DNA from: Okamejei kenojei
Lineage: Eukaryota
NCBI GenBank assembly: GCA_035221665.1
Contig: CM069165.1
Span: 22,382,001 to 22,446,000 of the forward strand
DNA: 64,000 nt
Direction of reading: 5' to 3'
Below are positions 36,586-50,625 of the stretch, one piece after another. The notes beneath the pieces were generated by a model. The model was not told the DNA's origin. It ran no database searches and was given only the letters and a program-made list of their open reading frames with translations. Numbering within the stretch: position 1 is the first letter of the stretch; each line of letters starts with the position of its first letter. The position numbers and the translations under genes were made by a program.

Positions 36586-39567
36586 GGAACGATCCAGATT
36601 GTTGACTTACTATAGAATTACCAGCTTCATAGGATATTATCTAGTATGATGCAACTGTCCCTCCACACAGCAATGCACTGTCATCTTAAAGCTTTATATA
36701 ATGTAATATTAAATCCAGTCTGTTAATTTTGAATAGGAAGAAACTGCAGATGCTGGTTTAAACCAGATAGACACAAAAAGCTGGAGAAACTCAATGAGTC
36801 AGGCAGCATCTCTGGACAAAAGGAAAAGGTGAAGTTCGGTATCGACCTGAAACATCACCAAATCCTTTTCTCCAGAGATGCTATCTGACCCAATACGATA
36901 CTATACAATAGAACTTTATTTATCGCAGGAGGGATATTGATCTGCCAACAGTCCACTTGCCCACATTAGGCAGGTATCTCTCCATGTCCTTCATATCCAA
37001 GTACCTGTCCAAATCTCTTTTAAACGTTGTAATGTATCTGCCTCTACCACTTCTCCTGGCAGCTCATTCCATAGAAGAACTATAGGTCCATTGCAGGATA
37101 TAGAAAACCATATCCCTCAGACCACCTTTAAATCTCTCCCTTCTCATCTTAAATTGAAGCCCTCTAACTTTAGACTCCCCCCACCCTAGGAGAAAGACTC
37201 TGACTGACGAGCCTATCCATGCCCTTCATAAATGTATAAACCTCTTCTAGGTCACCCCTCCGCGTCCTAAATTCCAGTGAAAATAAACCAAGCCTTTTGA
37301 ATCTCTCCTTATAAGCAGTTCTTTATTCCTCTTCAAACGCCTAGCTAATCTATTCATAACTGTTAACATGGCCTCTGCTTCAGTTACAAACACTAGAGGT
37401 GGAACCAATAGCTTCCAAAGGCAAAAACTGAAATGTTGAAAGAACTCAGCCAGTCAAAGGGCATTTGTGGAACTCTTCCTGCAGGGTGCCCGACCTGAAA
37501 CGTTAATATTTATTTGAAAAGAGGACTTTCTACAAGAAATACAAAAAACAGTGCGCTGGGTTATTTACATTCATAATATCGCCTAGTCGATACATTCATC
37601 GCGTTCTCAGGTCTGTGCATTTTGCGAATGCATCCTATGTTGAAAGCACCAATGCCTGTCATGTGGCCTCTGTGGAAATACACTCTACAAGTGTTTCAGT
37701 GGCTGTGTCACAGGACTCGGTTCTCCAGTGTCTTGCAATTACAGGAACCTAGTTTATAGTGCTTTCCTTCTAAGTCGTTAGATCATGGGGCATTGGAGCA
37801 GAATTAGGCTGTTCGGCCCATCGGGTCTACTCCGCCATTCGATCGTGACTGATCTATTTTTTCTTCGGTTCTACCTTCTTCCCATAACCTCTGATGCCCT
37901 TACTAATCAAGAACCTATCAATCTCCGCTTGAAAAATACCCAATGTCTTGGGCTCCACAATGAATTCCACAGATTCACCCCCCTCTGGCTAATTCAATTT
38001 CCTCCTCATCTCCTTTGTTTTGGCCACACCCAGTTTCAGTTTGTCCACCGGCATGAACTCTTGCTTCTAGACTTTAGACTTAGAGATACAGTGCAGAGAC
38101 AGGCCCTTTGGCTCACCTAGTCCACGACGACCAGCGATCATCCCATACTTATTCATGTGTGTATTTACGTATATAATGGTATATGGACACACTGATCTGT
38201 TTTGTAGTCAATGCCTACTATGTTCTGTTGTGCTGAAGCAAAGACAGAATTTCATTGTCCTGTCAGGGACACATGACAATAAACTCTTTTGACTTTTGAC
38301 TTTGATTACACTAACACTATCCTACACAGCAGGGACCATTTACAATTTAACCGAAGCCAATTAACCTGCAAACCTGTATGTTTTTGTTCTTTCCACACTG
38401 CTTGACTGATTGAGTTGCTCAAGAATTTTTAATTGTTTCATATTCCAGGATCTGCATTTTTAGGGATTTTTTTTCCAACTTCAAGCATCCCTGGGAAGTT
38501 TCACCTACCCTCAGTACTAAAGGTCTTGCATTCCTCTTGTTTAATATATTGAGATCTTTTACATCTGCACACCAGGAGAGCTCTGTTAAATGGTTCTTCC
38601 AGAAAACAACACTTCTGTGGTCAGCGCTCCCTCACTATTGCACTCGAAGGTCTGCGTTTTGCAAAAGGTTACGGGAAGGGAGAGGACGGGAGAATAAGGT
38701 TGAGAGGGGAAAAATAGATCGGCCATGATGGGTTGAATGACCTAATTCTGCTCCTATGTCTTCTGAACTTGTGCATGTCCTTGTAGACCCCCCTCAACTA
38801 ATTCCCACTGTGCATATTCTTAAATTTGATACATAATGTATATAATTGTAAATGGGAAGAGCTGTCTTTATATGTGCTTACCGTAGCCGCCCTCAGGGTG
38901 CCCCAAAACTCTTTACAATCAATACACTGCTTCTGAAATGCAGTCGCAGTTGTAATAAAGGAAGCAGGGTCACAGGACGGATCTTGGTCAATGTGCCCAC
39001 CTTTCCCATGAAGCTCTCACAGATGGTCAGACTGGTGATTATAACCAGATCATGTTTTTTTTTTAGTCATGTTGATTAAGAGATTAATATCAGCCAAGGC
39101 ACTATGAATGCATGACTCAGCTTATTCGGAATAATATCTTGAGATTGTTTACAGGAGTTCATGTTACACAGCAAGGTGCTTTGTCACACGGTTCATCCAG
39201 AAAGCAACATTTCTGAAGGCAGGTAGACAAAAATTCTGGGGAAACTCAGCGGGTGAGGCAGCATCTATGGAGCGAAGGAATAGGCGACGTTTCGGGTCGA
39301 GACCCTTTTCCCCTGACTCTCAGTCTGATGAAGGGTCTCGACCTGAAATATCACCCAATTCCTTTTCTCCAAAGGTGCTGAGTGACTCCAGCTTTTTTCA
39401 AGTTCAAGTTCAAGTGAGTTTATTGTCATTTGTCACATGTGAGCTTTTTGTATCTATCTTAAGTAAAGAAACTATATGGATAGGCCCTTTCTCATGTTTA
39501 TTTTTTTATTCCCACAGTAGGGATATCAAAAAGAAGAAAGTATATGTTTAAGGGTAGAGGACAGAGT

Positions 39568-40064
39568 TTTTTTGTTTTTTTTTTAAAGTTAAATTTTATT
39601 AGAGGCATGTACTTATCATAGTCCGAACCACTACAAACTTTGTTAAACAGTTACATATTAAATATCCAGGATTTCAGGGACTGCTACCAATGTAGCTGGG
39701 GTCTTCATTTATCGGTTACATATTAACATTGACTCTAATTTTTATTATTTTTTGTTTCACAGATAGAAAAAATAAAGAAAAAGAAAAGAAAATTAGAAAA
39801 ATAGAATAAACTATCCATAATACAACTTAGGAGATAGGTCCGTAGGTAAGAAAACATAACTATTCATCTAGTCCTGGGTTCAAGCTTCCGTCAGGTATCA
39901 GCGCCGGTCCATTCTACCCCTTCAAATAATCTATGAATGGAGACCATATTCTGGTAAATAATTCTGGTTTGTCAATTAAGACAAATCTAATTTTTTCCAG
40001 ATTTAAGGTCTCCGACATCTCCTCAATCCACATTTTGATTGTGGGGGATGCAGGGTTTTTCCAA
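39568..40064 (-). mobile_element. 5'-truncated L1-clade LINE with poly(A) tail and 12-bp TSD
   Basis: Minus translation PTIKMWIEEMSETLNLEKIRFVLIDKPELFTRIWSPFIDYL* (fish-type L1 ORF2 end); poly-T at left; TSD AGAGGACAGAGT at 39556-39567 and 40065-40076. Confidence 0.8.
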
Positions 40065-40149
40065 AGAGGACAGAGTCTTAAAGGGGATATGAGGGGAAAG
40101 TTGTTTTACAGAGAAATGGTTGATATCTGGAACTCACTGCAAAGGAGGT

Positions 40150-40465
40150 TTAGATTAGTTTAGTTTAGCGTGAAAACAGGCCCATCGGCCCACCGAGTCC
40201 GCACCGACCAGCGATCCCCACACATTAACACCACCATACACGCACCGGGGACATTTTTTACATTTACACCATGCCATTTAACCTACAAACCTGGATGTCT
40301 TTGGAGTGTGGGAGGAAACCAAAGATCAAAACCACAAGAAGAAACCAAAAAAACCCCACAGGTCACGGGGAGAACATACAAACTCCGTGCAGGCAGCACC
40401 CGTGGTCAGGATCAAACCAAGGGTCTCTGGCGCTGTGAGGCAGCAACTCTACCGCTGCACCACCC
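40150..40465 (-). mobile_element. tRNA-derived V-SINE
   Basis: Family match to 63067-63390. Confidence 0.7.
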
Positions 40466-41806
40466 AATGTGATGGTGGAGTCCGAAACAATCAGAATGTT
40501 CAAGAGACATTTCAGCCAATGCTTCAATAAATATCAAGGACACAAATCTGTTGCGGACAATGGGAAAAGTGTAAAGGACAAAAGCGTCAGCACACACGTG
40601 ATGAACTGAGAGATCTATTTCTATGCTGTACAACTCTATGTCTCCATTTCTTAATGTAAATAGTATCTATTTGTATAATATAATCTCATTTATCTTAAAG
40701 CTGGATTTCTTAAAACCAGCAAAGCAATTTTATTATTCAGATTACAACTAGAAGATATCTGGATGCCCATAAATGCCTTATCTGCAACTCACTATCACAC
40801 AAGATAAATAATTTCAATTAAAAAAAAGCAAAGAGGCCACAGTTTATAATTATTCCAGAAAGTGCTTTCAAAGCAAATATTAAACAGAGTTGAAATGGGG
40901 GACAGAACTTATTTTTTATTGGTTTCTTTAACTAACATGAAGCCTCAAAGATGCTGAAAATGGATCTTCATAGTTATAAAATGTCTTAATTTTCAGACAA
41001 CTTTAACTTTACTAAATTAGTCTCATCTTCCTGGACATTCCCTATGGATTGATTTACTTCCACTCCAGTTCTGGTGGTTCAAAGGTGTCTAAATTCTGAA
41101 TCCTAAATTCCAGTGCTGTCTGTTGAGTTCCTTGTTCTTCCTGTGACCACGTGGGTTTTCTCCAGGTGCTCTCCTTTCCTCCCACATCCCAGATATGTTT
41201 TGGTAGACAAAGGTGCTGGAGAACTGTCCCTCCGGAGACAGTTTCGCAACCTCCTCTCTAACGTTCTCCTACTCTCAGATAGGTGTTGATTGATAGATTA
41301 ATTAGCTACTGTTCAAATGTGCCACTTGTGTAGGTAAATGGTAGAATTGATTTGGGGAATTTTGAGAACATAGGAAAAATTAGTTGGAGAATGGGATTGC
41401 TCCGTTATCCATTATAGGCTTGATGGATCAATGGCCTCTTTCTGTGTGATGAGAAATGCAAAATGATTTAAGTCCTTTCTTAAACATGGTACAAAACCCA
41501 TGGTCTACTTGGCAGCAATGTTTTGTTATTTGAGATACATGGACCATCTACTGCAAGTGGCATTGGACAGAAACCACCATTACTGTGCTTGCCCATCCTC
41601 CAATTCTGCTATGAGGCTGAGCAATCCCGACATTAGCTTCCTCTCCAAACCCAACTGAAGAAGGGTCTCGACCCGAAACGTCGCCTATCTCCTTCGCTCC
41701 TTAGATGCTGCTGCACCCGCTGAGTTTCTCCAGCTTTCTGTGTACCCCCTGGCTGTGGACATTTATTGAGTTGAGTTTGAGTTGAGCTTAGTTTATTGTC
41801 ACGTGT

Positions 41807-42183
41807 ATTATAAAAGGACTGGACAAGCGAGATGCAGGAAAAATGTTCCCAATGTTGGGCGAGTCCAGAACCAGGGGCCACACAGTCTTAGAATAAAGGG
41901 GAGGCCATTTAAGACCGAGGTGAGAAAAAACATTTTCACCCAGAGAGTTGTGAATTTGTGGAATTCACTGCCACAGAGGGCAGTGGGGGCCAAATCACTG
42001 GATGGATTTAAGAGAGAATTAGATGGAGCTCCAGGGGCTAGTGGAATCAAGGGATATGGGGAGAAGGCAGGCACGGGTTATTGATTGGGGACGATCAGCC
42101 ATGATCACAATGAATGGCGGTGCTGGCTCGAAGGGCCAAATGGCCTCCTCCTGCACCCATTTTCTATGTTTCTATGTTTCTAT
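41807..42183 (+). mobile_element. CR1 LINE 3' end
   Basis: HSLRIKGRPFKTEVRKNIFTQRVVNLWNSLPQ...; (TTTCTATG)n tail. Confidence 0.85.
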
Positions 42184-44760
42184 GTGTACCGAGGTACAGT
42201 GTAAAGCTTTTGTTGCTTTATGTTATGAGCCAACCAGCCAGTGGAAAGACCACGCATGATCACAATCGAGCCATCCACAGTGTACAGATACATGATAAAG
42301 GGAATAAAGTGAATAACGTTTAGTGTAAGATAAAGTCCAGTGAAGTAGATGAAGAAGAGCACAGTTAAAACAAGAAATCCTGCAGTTGGAGTGAAGGTTC
42401 AAAAGAGAGGAGTGATTGTAACGTGTGATTGCAGACTCTCTCGGTGACCAGCACACACAGAGCCGCCTGGCCTGGGCACCTTCGTGCATTGGCGTTATAT
42501 TGTTGGGATGTTGACGCTGGGCAGCAGAGGAAGGCTGGTCAATGACCTTTGTTTTAGAGATGTCTGGTGTAAGGCCCGTTTCATCAGTGAATGAGTTGAT
42601 TTAGAGCTCGACCTTTGTGCGTGTGCGAGTGTACACACAGACGTGATCAACACACTGTGGCTTTGGGTGACCTTGCTTCCAGAGTGGACGCTACGTAGAT
42701 TGAATCGTTTCCCATTTGTCCCGCAGATTGGCTCCTCTCCACGGGAAGCCAGTTAGATGTCAGGTGCAATATAGTGACGACAAAGAATGCAAAAGGATTT
42801 GTCAGCTCCTGTTGGAAGGACCCATCAAGGAACTTCTCAACCAAGGTTCTGTCCTTAACTCCTTCCCACAGCTTACACTCTCACTCCCAGCTCAGACTGA
42901 CAATAGGTTGAAAAGGCCACATGTCAACTGAATGAGCAGACAATGCCTCTGGTAAAAACCAACAGAGAGGAACTTCACACACAAATTCACAGCCTCATCT
43001 AGGCAACATGTCAGGCAAACGTAACAATAAGCTAAGCTCAAACTCAAACTCGTGAACATCTTCAAGAACGTAGACAAAACTGGCCAGATCTTTCCCTGTG
43101 ATCTCCAACAGAGAGACTCATTAAAGGGGACCTCCCCAGCCACCTCCGACCAGTGGATGGATCAGCAAAACCTTCAGTTTAAATTCGATTTGGAATACTT
43201 TGGAGGACCAAGAAACCAAGAAACCAAGAAACAAACATAATATAGGGACACCATCGACCCTGCTGAAACCTTTGGTTCTGGAGAATCCGTTTCAAATGTG
43301 GTTGCCTACATCAATCCGTCTCCATCCATGTCTGCTACAAGATGGCAACCAAGCCATGCACCTAACGGGTAAACCCACCAGAAACACAATCCCTGTGCAG
43401 ACTGGGGTCAAACACGGCTGGTCTATCACTCGCACATGTTTCTCAATATTTCTTGCTGTAATATTGCAGAAATAATAGCCTGCAACAGCAAGACACTTGA
43501 GCGTATGGTAGAGCATATGTGTGGGTGGATTGGAAGGATTTACATTGGTCTATGCGGTACCAATATAGGGTGGTCAAGGTTCACAATATTGCCTTGACTG
43601 ATCTTTGCAGCCACACATTCTCCACATCAGAGTCTGGCCACTCAAGGCCTCTCCTGAACTATATGAATCACTGTCTTGGACTCTTGCAGGACTCAAGGAA
43701 CAGACCTTGCTGTATTTATTGAACAGGAATATTCAATAAATGCAATGGTGGGAAATTGAACACCTCCCTCAGCATTCCGTGCGTGGAGTGCCAGCCCAGT
43801 TTATTCAGTCACCACCCTGGAATGGAGTGTGAAGCCTTCCAAGGTTGAGAAATGGCAGATACCATATGCAAGATACATCCACATTCATATTCAACCTACA
43901 GGTCTGTCTGATGCTGGTTTCTCAAGTCAAGTCAAGTCAATTTTATTTCTATAGCACATTTAAAAACCACTCTCGTTGACAAAGTGCTTTACATCAGTGC
44001 AGGTACTAGCGTGCTACATACAGTGGTGCATAGATGAACAATACACACATAGATACATACATACAGCGCTCCCTCAGAGGACCTCAAGAAACGCTTGAGA
44101 GTAGAATAGACAGTTTGGTCTCGATCCGAAACGTCGCCTATCTCCTTCGCTCCTTAGATGCTGCTGCACCCGCTGAGTTTCTCCAGCTTTTTGTGTACCC
44201 CCGCTTGAGAGTAGAAGTTAGTTTTAAGTCTAATCTTAAAAGAGTCGATGGAGGGGGCAGTTCTGATGGGAAGAGAGATGCTGTTCTATAGTCTAGACTT
44301 GACGATTGTCTAGGAGCTGCAACCGCAAAAGCGCGTTTGGAGTGAATGGGAGTGAGTCTTCACACGTGACCGATGATTGCAGGTCAGGTCAGGTATATTT
44401 TCTCATCTCACTTCATCCAGTTAGGGTCAGTCAAGTTCTGCGGGCTCTGTGGTGCCTGATAACACCAGTATAAAACCGACAAACTCCTTGGTGGGTTGGG
44501 GCTGGACAGGCTTTACAGAGTGGGTGGAAGTGTACCTCTTCTAACATTTGCGGGCTTCTTTGAACTACTATTGAAGGAACTTAAGGTTTCTCCAGTTTGA
44601 GCAGTCATGGGCAAGGACATTGGTGGGAAGCTACAGGACATGGTTTTCAAAAACGCTTTGAGAGCTTCCTTGATTCTGTTCTCGGTGAAGGAGCTTGAAG
44701 CAGAGGGCCTGCTTCTGATGTCTAATGTTAGCTATATAAATGCCCTCTGGTTGTGTGTAT

Positions 44761-45189
44761 NNNNNNNNNNNNNNNNNNNNNNNNNNNNNNNNNNNNNNNN
44801 NNNNNNNNNNNNNNNNNNNNNNNNNNNNNNNNNNNNNNNNNNNNNNNNNNNNNNNNNNNNNNNNNNNNNNNNNNNNNNNNNNNNNNNNNNNNNNNNNNNN
44901 NNNNNNNNNNNNNNNNNNNNNNNNNNNNNNNNNNNNNNNNNNNNNNNNNNNNNNNNNNNNNNNNNNNNNNNNNNNNNNNNNNNNNNNNNNNNNNNNNNNN
45001 NNNNNNNNNNNNNNNNNNNNNNNNNNNTGTGCGNNNNNNNNNNNNNNNNNNNNNNNNNNNNNNNNNNNNNNNNNNNNNNNNNNNNNNNNNNNNNNNNNNN
45101 NNNNNNNNNNNNNNNNNNNNNNNNNNNNNNNNNNNNNNNNNNNNNNNNNNNNNNNNNNNNNNNNNNNNNNNNNNNNNNNNNNNNNNNNN
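44761..45189. other. N block (gap or masked sequence)
   Basis: Runs of N with a 6-nt island at 45028-45033. Confidence 0.95.
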
Positions 45190-46969
45190 ACACTGTGGCT
45201 TTGGCTGACCTTATTTCATCCTTCTTCAGATTGACCCGACCTGAAACATCAGCTCTCCACGTTCTCCAGGGATGCTGCCTGACCTGTTGAGTTACTCCAA
45301 CACTTTGTGTAAACCAGCATTTACAGTTCCTTGCGTCTGCGTATAAATGATGTGACCGGCCCACAGGACTCAGCTGGGAGTCCCAATGCTGGCCTTGGAG
45401 AGAACAATGTAACTGTCACCTATCCTTTCCATGGATTCCCATGACTTTGCAAAGATAACAATGGTGCTCTTGATTTTGCAAACCTTCAGTTCCTTGAAAT
45501 GCCTGCTGCGGATTGCTCAATTCCAAGCCGCATGGAGAGCAGGGATCACTGTGACTCAGCAGACCACGAGAGTGGTGGAGGTACTACAGATAGACCTGCC
45601 TCCCTGCTGTTCCACCACGTTCAGACTCACCACTACAGCCTCATGTGTTTCCTCTCTGACGGATTCCTACCCGAAACCTTGCCTGTCCATTCCCTCCACA
45701 GATGCTGCCTGACCCAGTTACCAGACTGACTGGTCAGCACGCAACGTTAGCTCTTCACTGTACCTCGGGCCACGTAATAATAAACTCAAACTCAAACCTG
45801 AAGAGCTACTCCACGACTTTACGTTGTGCATGAGATTGCTGTGCGTATGAGAATTAATCTTCAAGTATTCTTTTGTGGAGGTGAATCTGTGGAATTCATC
45901 GCCACAGACAGCTGTATCATTGGATATTTTTAAGGTGCAGATCGATAGATTCTTGATTAGTACGGGTGTCAGAGGTTATGGGGAGAAGGCAGGAGAATGG
46001 GGTTAAGAGGGAGAGATAGATCAGCCATGTTTGAATGGCGGAATAGACTTGATGGGCCGAATGGCCTAATTCTGCTCCTGTAACTTATGAACTACTGCAA
46101 TAGAAGCGGTGGTGGATTTTATCACCAATATCTGTCATTGCTGGAAGATGTAAAGATAACTACATTTTCCAGCGAGACACAAAAACCTGGAGTAACTCAG
46201 TGGATCGGACAGACGTTTCCTTGGAGAAAAGGAATAGGTGACGTTTTGGGCTGAGACCCTTCTTCAGTCTTTACTCCAGCTTTTTGTGTCTATCTTCAGT
46301 TAAAACCAGCAAGTGCAGTTCCTTATTAAACATTTTCCAGAACCTTGTTGTCAGTGTTGATTGTTGGTGGAGTTGTTGGAATGGGAGCAAGTTCTTCGAT
46401 ATCCTTACCTTCCAGATGTTTAGTTTACAGCCCAATTATGTCTGGGAGGTGTGGGAGGGTGTCTTCATAGCAGCACTAGATCATTACATAAACAAGTGTC
46501 ACAGAGATATAAACCGAGTTCCCGCCAACAGGCAACAATCCCTTTACATGAATCCGAGATTAACTGAAACAAATTCTCTCCACATTCTCACCAGCTCCCC
46601 TTGGATTTTAGTCCTCACACCAATATACTGTGCGCCGTTAACCTCCTAACCCGCACGTTTTTTGGATGTGGGAGGAAACCGGAGCACCCGGAGGAAACGC
46701 ACACGGTCACAGGGAGAACCTGCAAACTCCACACAGACAGCACACAAGGTCAGGACCCAACACGGGTCGGCGGGGCCACAAGGCTGTGGCTTTACCCGCT
46801 GCACCGTCATGCACAGTGTGTGAGAATTGTGGAGCGCTCTTAAATGCTTTACTATCCCAACATCACGCACACCAGCAGCATTGCAGAAGCTTTCACATCA
46901 AGTCACAAACGGAGAAATGTGGTCAGAAGATCTAGATCGGAAAAGACTGCAGTTTAAAGAGATCTTTAA

Positions 46970-47422
46970 GGGTGAGGGGGCTGGGGGGGGAATAAAAGAA
47001 AGAGAGAGAGAGGGGGAAGAGAGCAAGAGGGAGAGAGAGGGGGAGAGGGGGAGGGAGAGAGGGGAGAGGAAGAGAGTGAGAGGTGAGCGAGGAAGAGAGA
47101 GGGAGAGTGAGGGAGGGAGAGTGAGAGAGGGAGAGAGAGAGAGGGAGAGGGGGAGGGGGAGAGAGGGAGAGAGTGGAAGAGGGGGAGNNNNNNNNNNNNN
47201 NNNNNNNNNNNNNNNNNNNNNNNNNNNNNNNNNNNNNNNNNNNNNNNNNNNNNNNNNNNNNNNNNNNNNNNNNNNNNNNNNNNNNNNNNNNNNNNNNNNN
47301 NNNNNNNNNNNNNNNNNNNNNNNNNNNNNNNNNNNNNNNNNNNNNNNNNNNNNNNNNNNNNNNNNNNNNNNAGGGACATGGAGAGAGAGAGGGAGAGGGG
47401 GTGCGAGGGAGAGAGTAGGGGG
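46970..47422. repeat. GA-rich polypurine low-complexity tract containing an N block (47188-47371)
   Basis: Visible (GA/GGA)n composition. Confidence 0.9.
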
Positions 47423-48388
47423 TTGCAGGTAGCAATTGCAGAGTTCAGGGGCCTGGCCATTGACAGCTGATCGAGTCAGCATTACTGGAGCGTGCTGGAA
47501 TGAGTTAAGGCCCAGAGTGTGAGAGCCGCAGTCCTGCAGGAACTGGAGATTGCGGAGGAAGGATATGGCCCACTGAGTAACTTGAATATAAGATATTTAT
47601 TTAAAAAACGCCTTTGGGACACGGATAGCTGAATTTTGGGAGGGATCAAATCTTAAATCCGAGATTATAACAATGCATGCATGGTACATTACTGAGTTCA
47701 CTGCCTTGTTGGTTTGGGTTTAAAAAAAAATCAACATAAACTTTATTCAGGATAAAAAATATGTACAGAACAAAAGCTGTGGAAAATTCCTGCGACATTC
47801 TCCGTGGCCACACATACAATCGTTAGCGTTATCTTTGATAGTGTTCCCAAAAAAACATAATTATACCGGGACCCTTGGCACTCAGGGTGATACCCCTCTT
47901 TGTGGCGCTGTTTGCCTTGCCTGACCACGGGAGAAGAAGCAAGGAAGAGATAAGATTCCTTTTACCTTCCATCGCAGTCAGGAGGTGCCTGGAGGAGAGA
48001 CACTGTGATGGATGTTTCTGTTAAATTTATGTAATTTGGTTTTGTGTCTTTGGTTTGCTTTTTATTGTTATGACTGTATGGTAACGACATTCCGTTCAAG
48101 TTTTTTATGGAATGACAAATAAATTCAATTGGATAGTATTAATGCAGCGAGCTCGCTGGGCCCAGAGTGACTGGGAGATCCAAGTCGATGCCTTCATGTC
48201 CCCCACCCCTCACTGTACCATTGTTTCTGAAAGGCACTGGGCTTGTTTGCGAGCAGGGCAATGTTTGAACTGCTCTCTTTGTCCCTGGCAGGCTGCATTG
48301 CATAAGTTCAAAGGGGATGTTGTCCCGTCCCTAGGTCCTAGTGCTAGTTGGTTGCAAGTGTTAGTGTTGCTAGTTAGTAGAAAACTAG

Positions 48389-49022
48389 AGGGCCTGTCCC
48401 ACTTTCCCGAGCTGCTCACGAATTCTCACGTGTTTTCCCCTTGATTCAAACTCAGAGAATGTTCGTAACGGGTCCGTAGGAGTCCGTAGATATATCGACG
48501 CGGCTCGTTACGCCAGCCGTAGGTACTCGGGGCATTAAATGTTGCAATTTTTCTCCTCCCGACTATCTTTTTACTCATGGACATTTTTTGTCATGCTGGA
48601 AAAAACGTCCCAACTTACCTGATGCCCTGAGTACCTACGGCTGGGATAATGAGCCGCTACGATATATCTTCGGACTCCTACGGCCTCCTACGGACCGGTT
48701 ATGAACATTCTCCGAGTTTGAATCAAGGGGAAAACTCAGGAGAATTGGTGAGCTGCTCGGGAAAGTGGGACATAGAAACATGGAAACATAGAAACATAGA
48801 AATTAGGTGCAGGAGCAGGCCATTCGGCCCTTCGAGCCTGCACCACCATTCAATATGATCATGGCTGATCATCCAACTCAGTATCCTGTACCTGCCTTCT
48901 CTCCATACCCCCTGATCCCTTTAGCCACAAGGGCCACATCCAACTCCCTCTTAAATATAGCCAATGAACTGGCCTCAACTACCTTCTGTGGCAGAGAGTT
49001 CCACAGATAAGGGAGAGGCCCT
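48389..49022. mobile_element. Harbinger-like MITE whose right TIR is interrupted by a CR1 3' end (about 48772-49007, minus)
   Basis: Left TIR AGGGCCTGTCCCACTTTCCCGAGC; right GCTCGGGAAAGTGGGACA|CR1 with (CATAGAAA)n|GGGAGAGGCCCT, followed by TAA. Confidence 0.75.
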
Positions 49023-49089
49023 TAAAGGTACACATTTCTCCATCGTCTGTCACGATGTCTCAAAATGAATCCTGTGGAGAAGTAAAAGC

Positions 49090-49576
49090 TGCTCGGTCCG
49101 CCTAAACCTGCCCGATCTTCTGGTTGGTAAACATTTTAACTCCCCTTCCCATTCCCACACTGACCCTTCTGTCCTGGGCCTCCTCCATTGCACCTCATAT
49201 TTTGCATGGGTAGCTTACACCCCAGCGGTACGAATATTGACTTCTCTAACTTCAAGTAATCCTTGCTTTCCCCCTCTCTCCATCCCTCCCCCTTCCTAGT
49301 TCTCTGGCCAGTCTGACTGCCCCCTGATTACATTTTATCTCTGTACGCTTCATTGTCACCTTCTCCTCGCTTACAATGACCTATTCTACATTTCCCTTGA
49401 CTCATCCCCTTTGATATCTTGTTTTCACACCTTACACTTACTCTTGTTATCATGTTTTCACACGTTACTCTGTGTCTCCCTCTCCCCCGACTCTCTGTCT
49501 GAAGAAGGGTGTCGACCCAGAACGCCACCCATTCCTTCTCTCCAGAGATGCTGCCTGCCTTGCCGAGTTACTCCAG
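49090..49576 (+). mobile_element. Penelope-like element 3' fragment (GIY-YIG end plus pseudo-LTR)
   Basis: SVRLNLPDLLVGKHFNSPSHSHTDPSVLGLLH...HLIFCMGSLHPSGTNIDFSNFK*, then the repeat core. Confidence 0.75.
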
Positions 49577-50319
49577 TAAAAAAAAACGCAAAGTGCTGGA
49601 GTAACTCAGCGGGTCAGGCAGCATCTGTAGATGACCTGAACTCCAGAGTGAGCTACTCCTGCACTTTGTGTTTTTTTGCAAACCAGCATCTGCGGTTCCT
49701 TGTGTCTGCTGTGGGCAAGTAAAGTTGTATGTATTGTAGAAAAAAACAGCAGGCAAACCGTTCACAGTAAACTCCCATCGTCAGCAGTGACCAATACATT
49801 TATTTTATTGTTATTTCGTGAGGGGGAATATTTGGTTAGAACACAAGATTTATTTTGTTTTTCTTTAAAATGTGCTGTTTTACATCAATTCATGAGAGCT
49901 TTGGAATAATATTCAAAAGCCAGTACTTCCAACTGTACTGTATTCACTCATTTATCATTTTAGTTTAATTTAAGGGATCTAGCATTGGTAAAAGGCCCTT
50001 CAGCCCACCAAGTCCATGTTGACCATCGATCAACGATTCACTTTAGTGCTACATTGCCCCATTTCACTATCCACTCCCTACACACTAGGGGCACTTTACA
50101 GAAGCTAATTGTTGGCTTCAACTCACAACCAACAAGAAGCCTATACCAAACCCACACATCTTTGGGATGTGGGAGAAAACCGGAGCGCTGGGAGGAAATC
50201 AGCGCAGTCACTGGGAGAACGTGCAAACTCCACACAGACAGCATCGGAGATCAGGGTCAAACCCAGGTCTTTGTTGCCCTAAGGCAGCACCTCTATCAGC
50301 TGCACCACACTGCTGCCCA

Positions 50320-50625
50320 TCCTTCTACCCTCGTTCCCTCCTACCTCTCCTCTCCCCCTTCCCCCTCCCCTCCTCTTCTCCCCTCCCCTCCCCTCCCGCT
50401 CCTCTCTCTCCTCCCCTCCCCCCTCTTCTCCCCCTCCGCCCTCCCCCTCCGCTCCCCCTCCCCCCTCTCCTCCCCCCTCACGCCCTCTCCTCCCCCCTCC
50501 CCCCTCTTCTCCCCCTCCGCCCTCCCCTTCCCCTCCCCCCCTCTCCTCCCCCCTCACGCCCTCTGCTCCCCCTCCCCCCCTCTCCTCCCCCTCCCCCCTC
50601 CTTCCCTCTCCTCCCCCTGCCCCCA
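50320..50625. repeat. CT-rich polypyrimidine low-complexity/tandem tract
   Basis: Visible; includes duplicated CCCCTCTTCTCCCCCTCCGCCCTCCCC. Confidence 0.9.

Noticed and set aside
43000-43022. p53 response element for DDIT4
   Set aside because: Only one imperfect CATG half-site; the second half lacks the CWWG core.
44607-47482. Long ORFs containing X runs
   Set aside because: Artefacts of N blocks and GA-rich low complexity.
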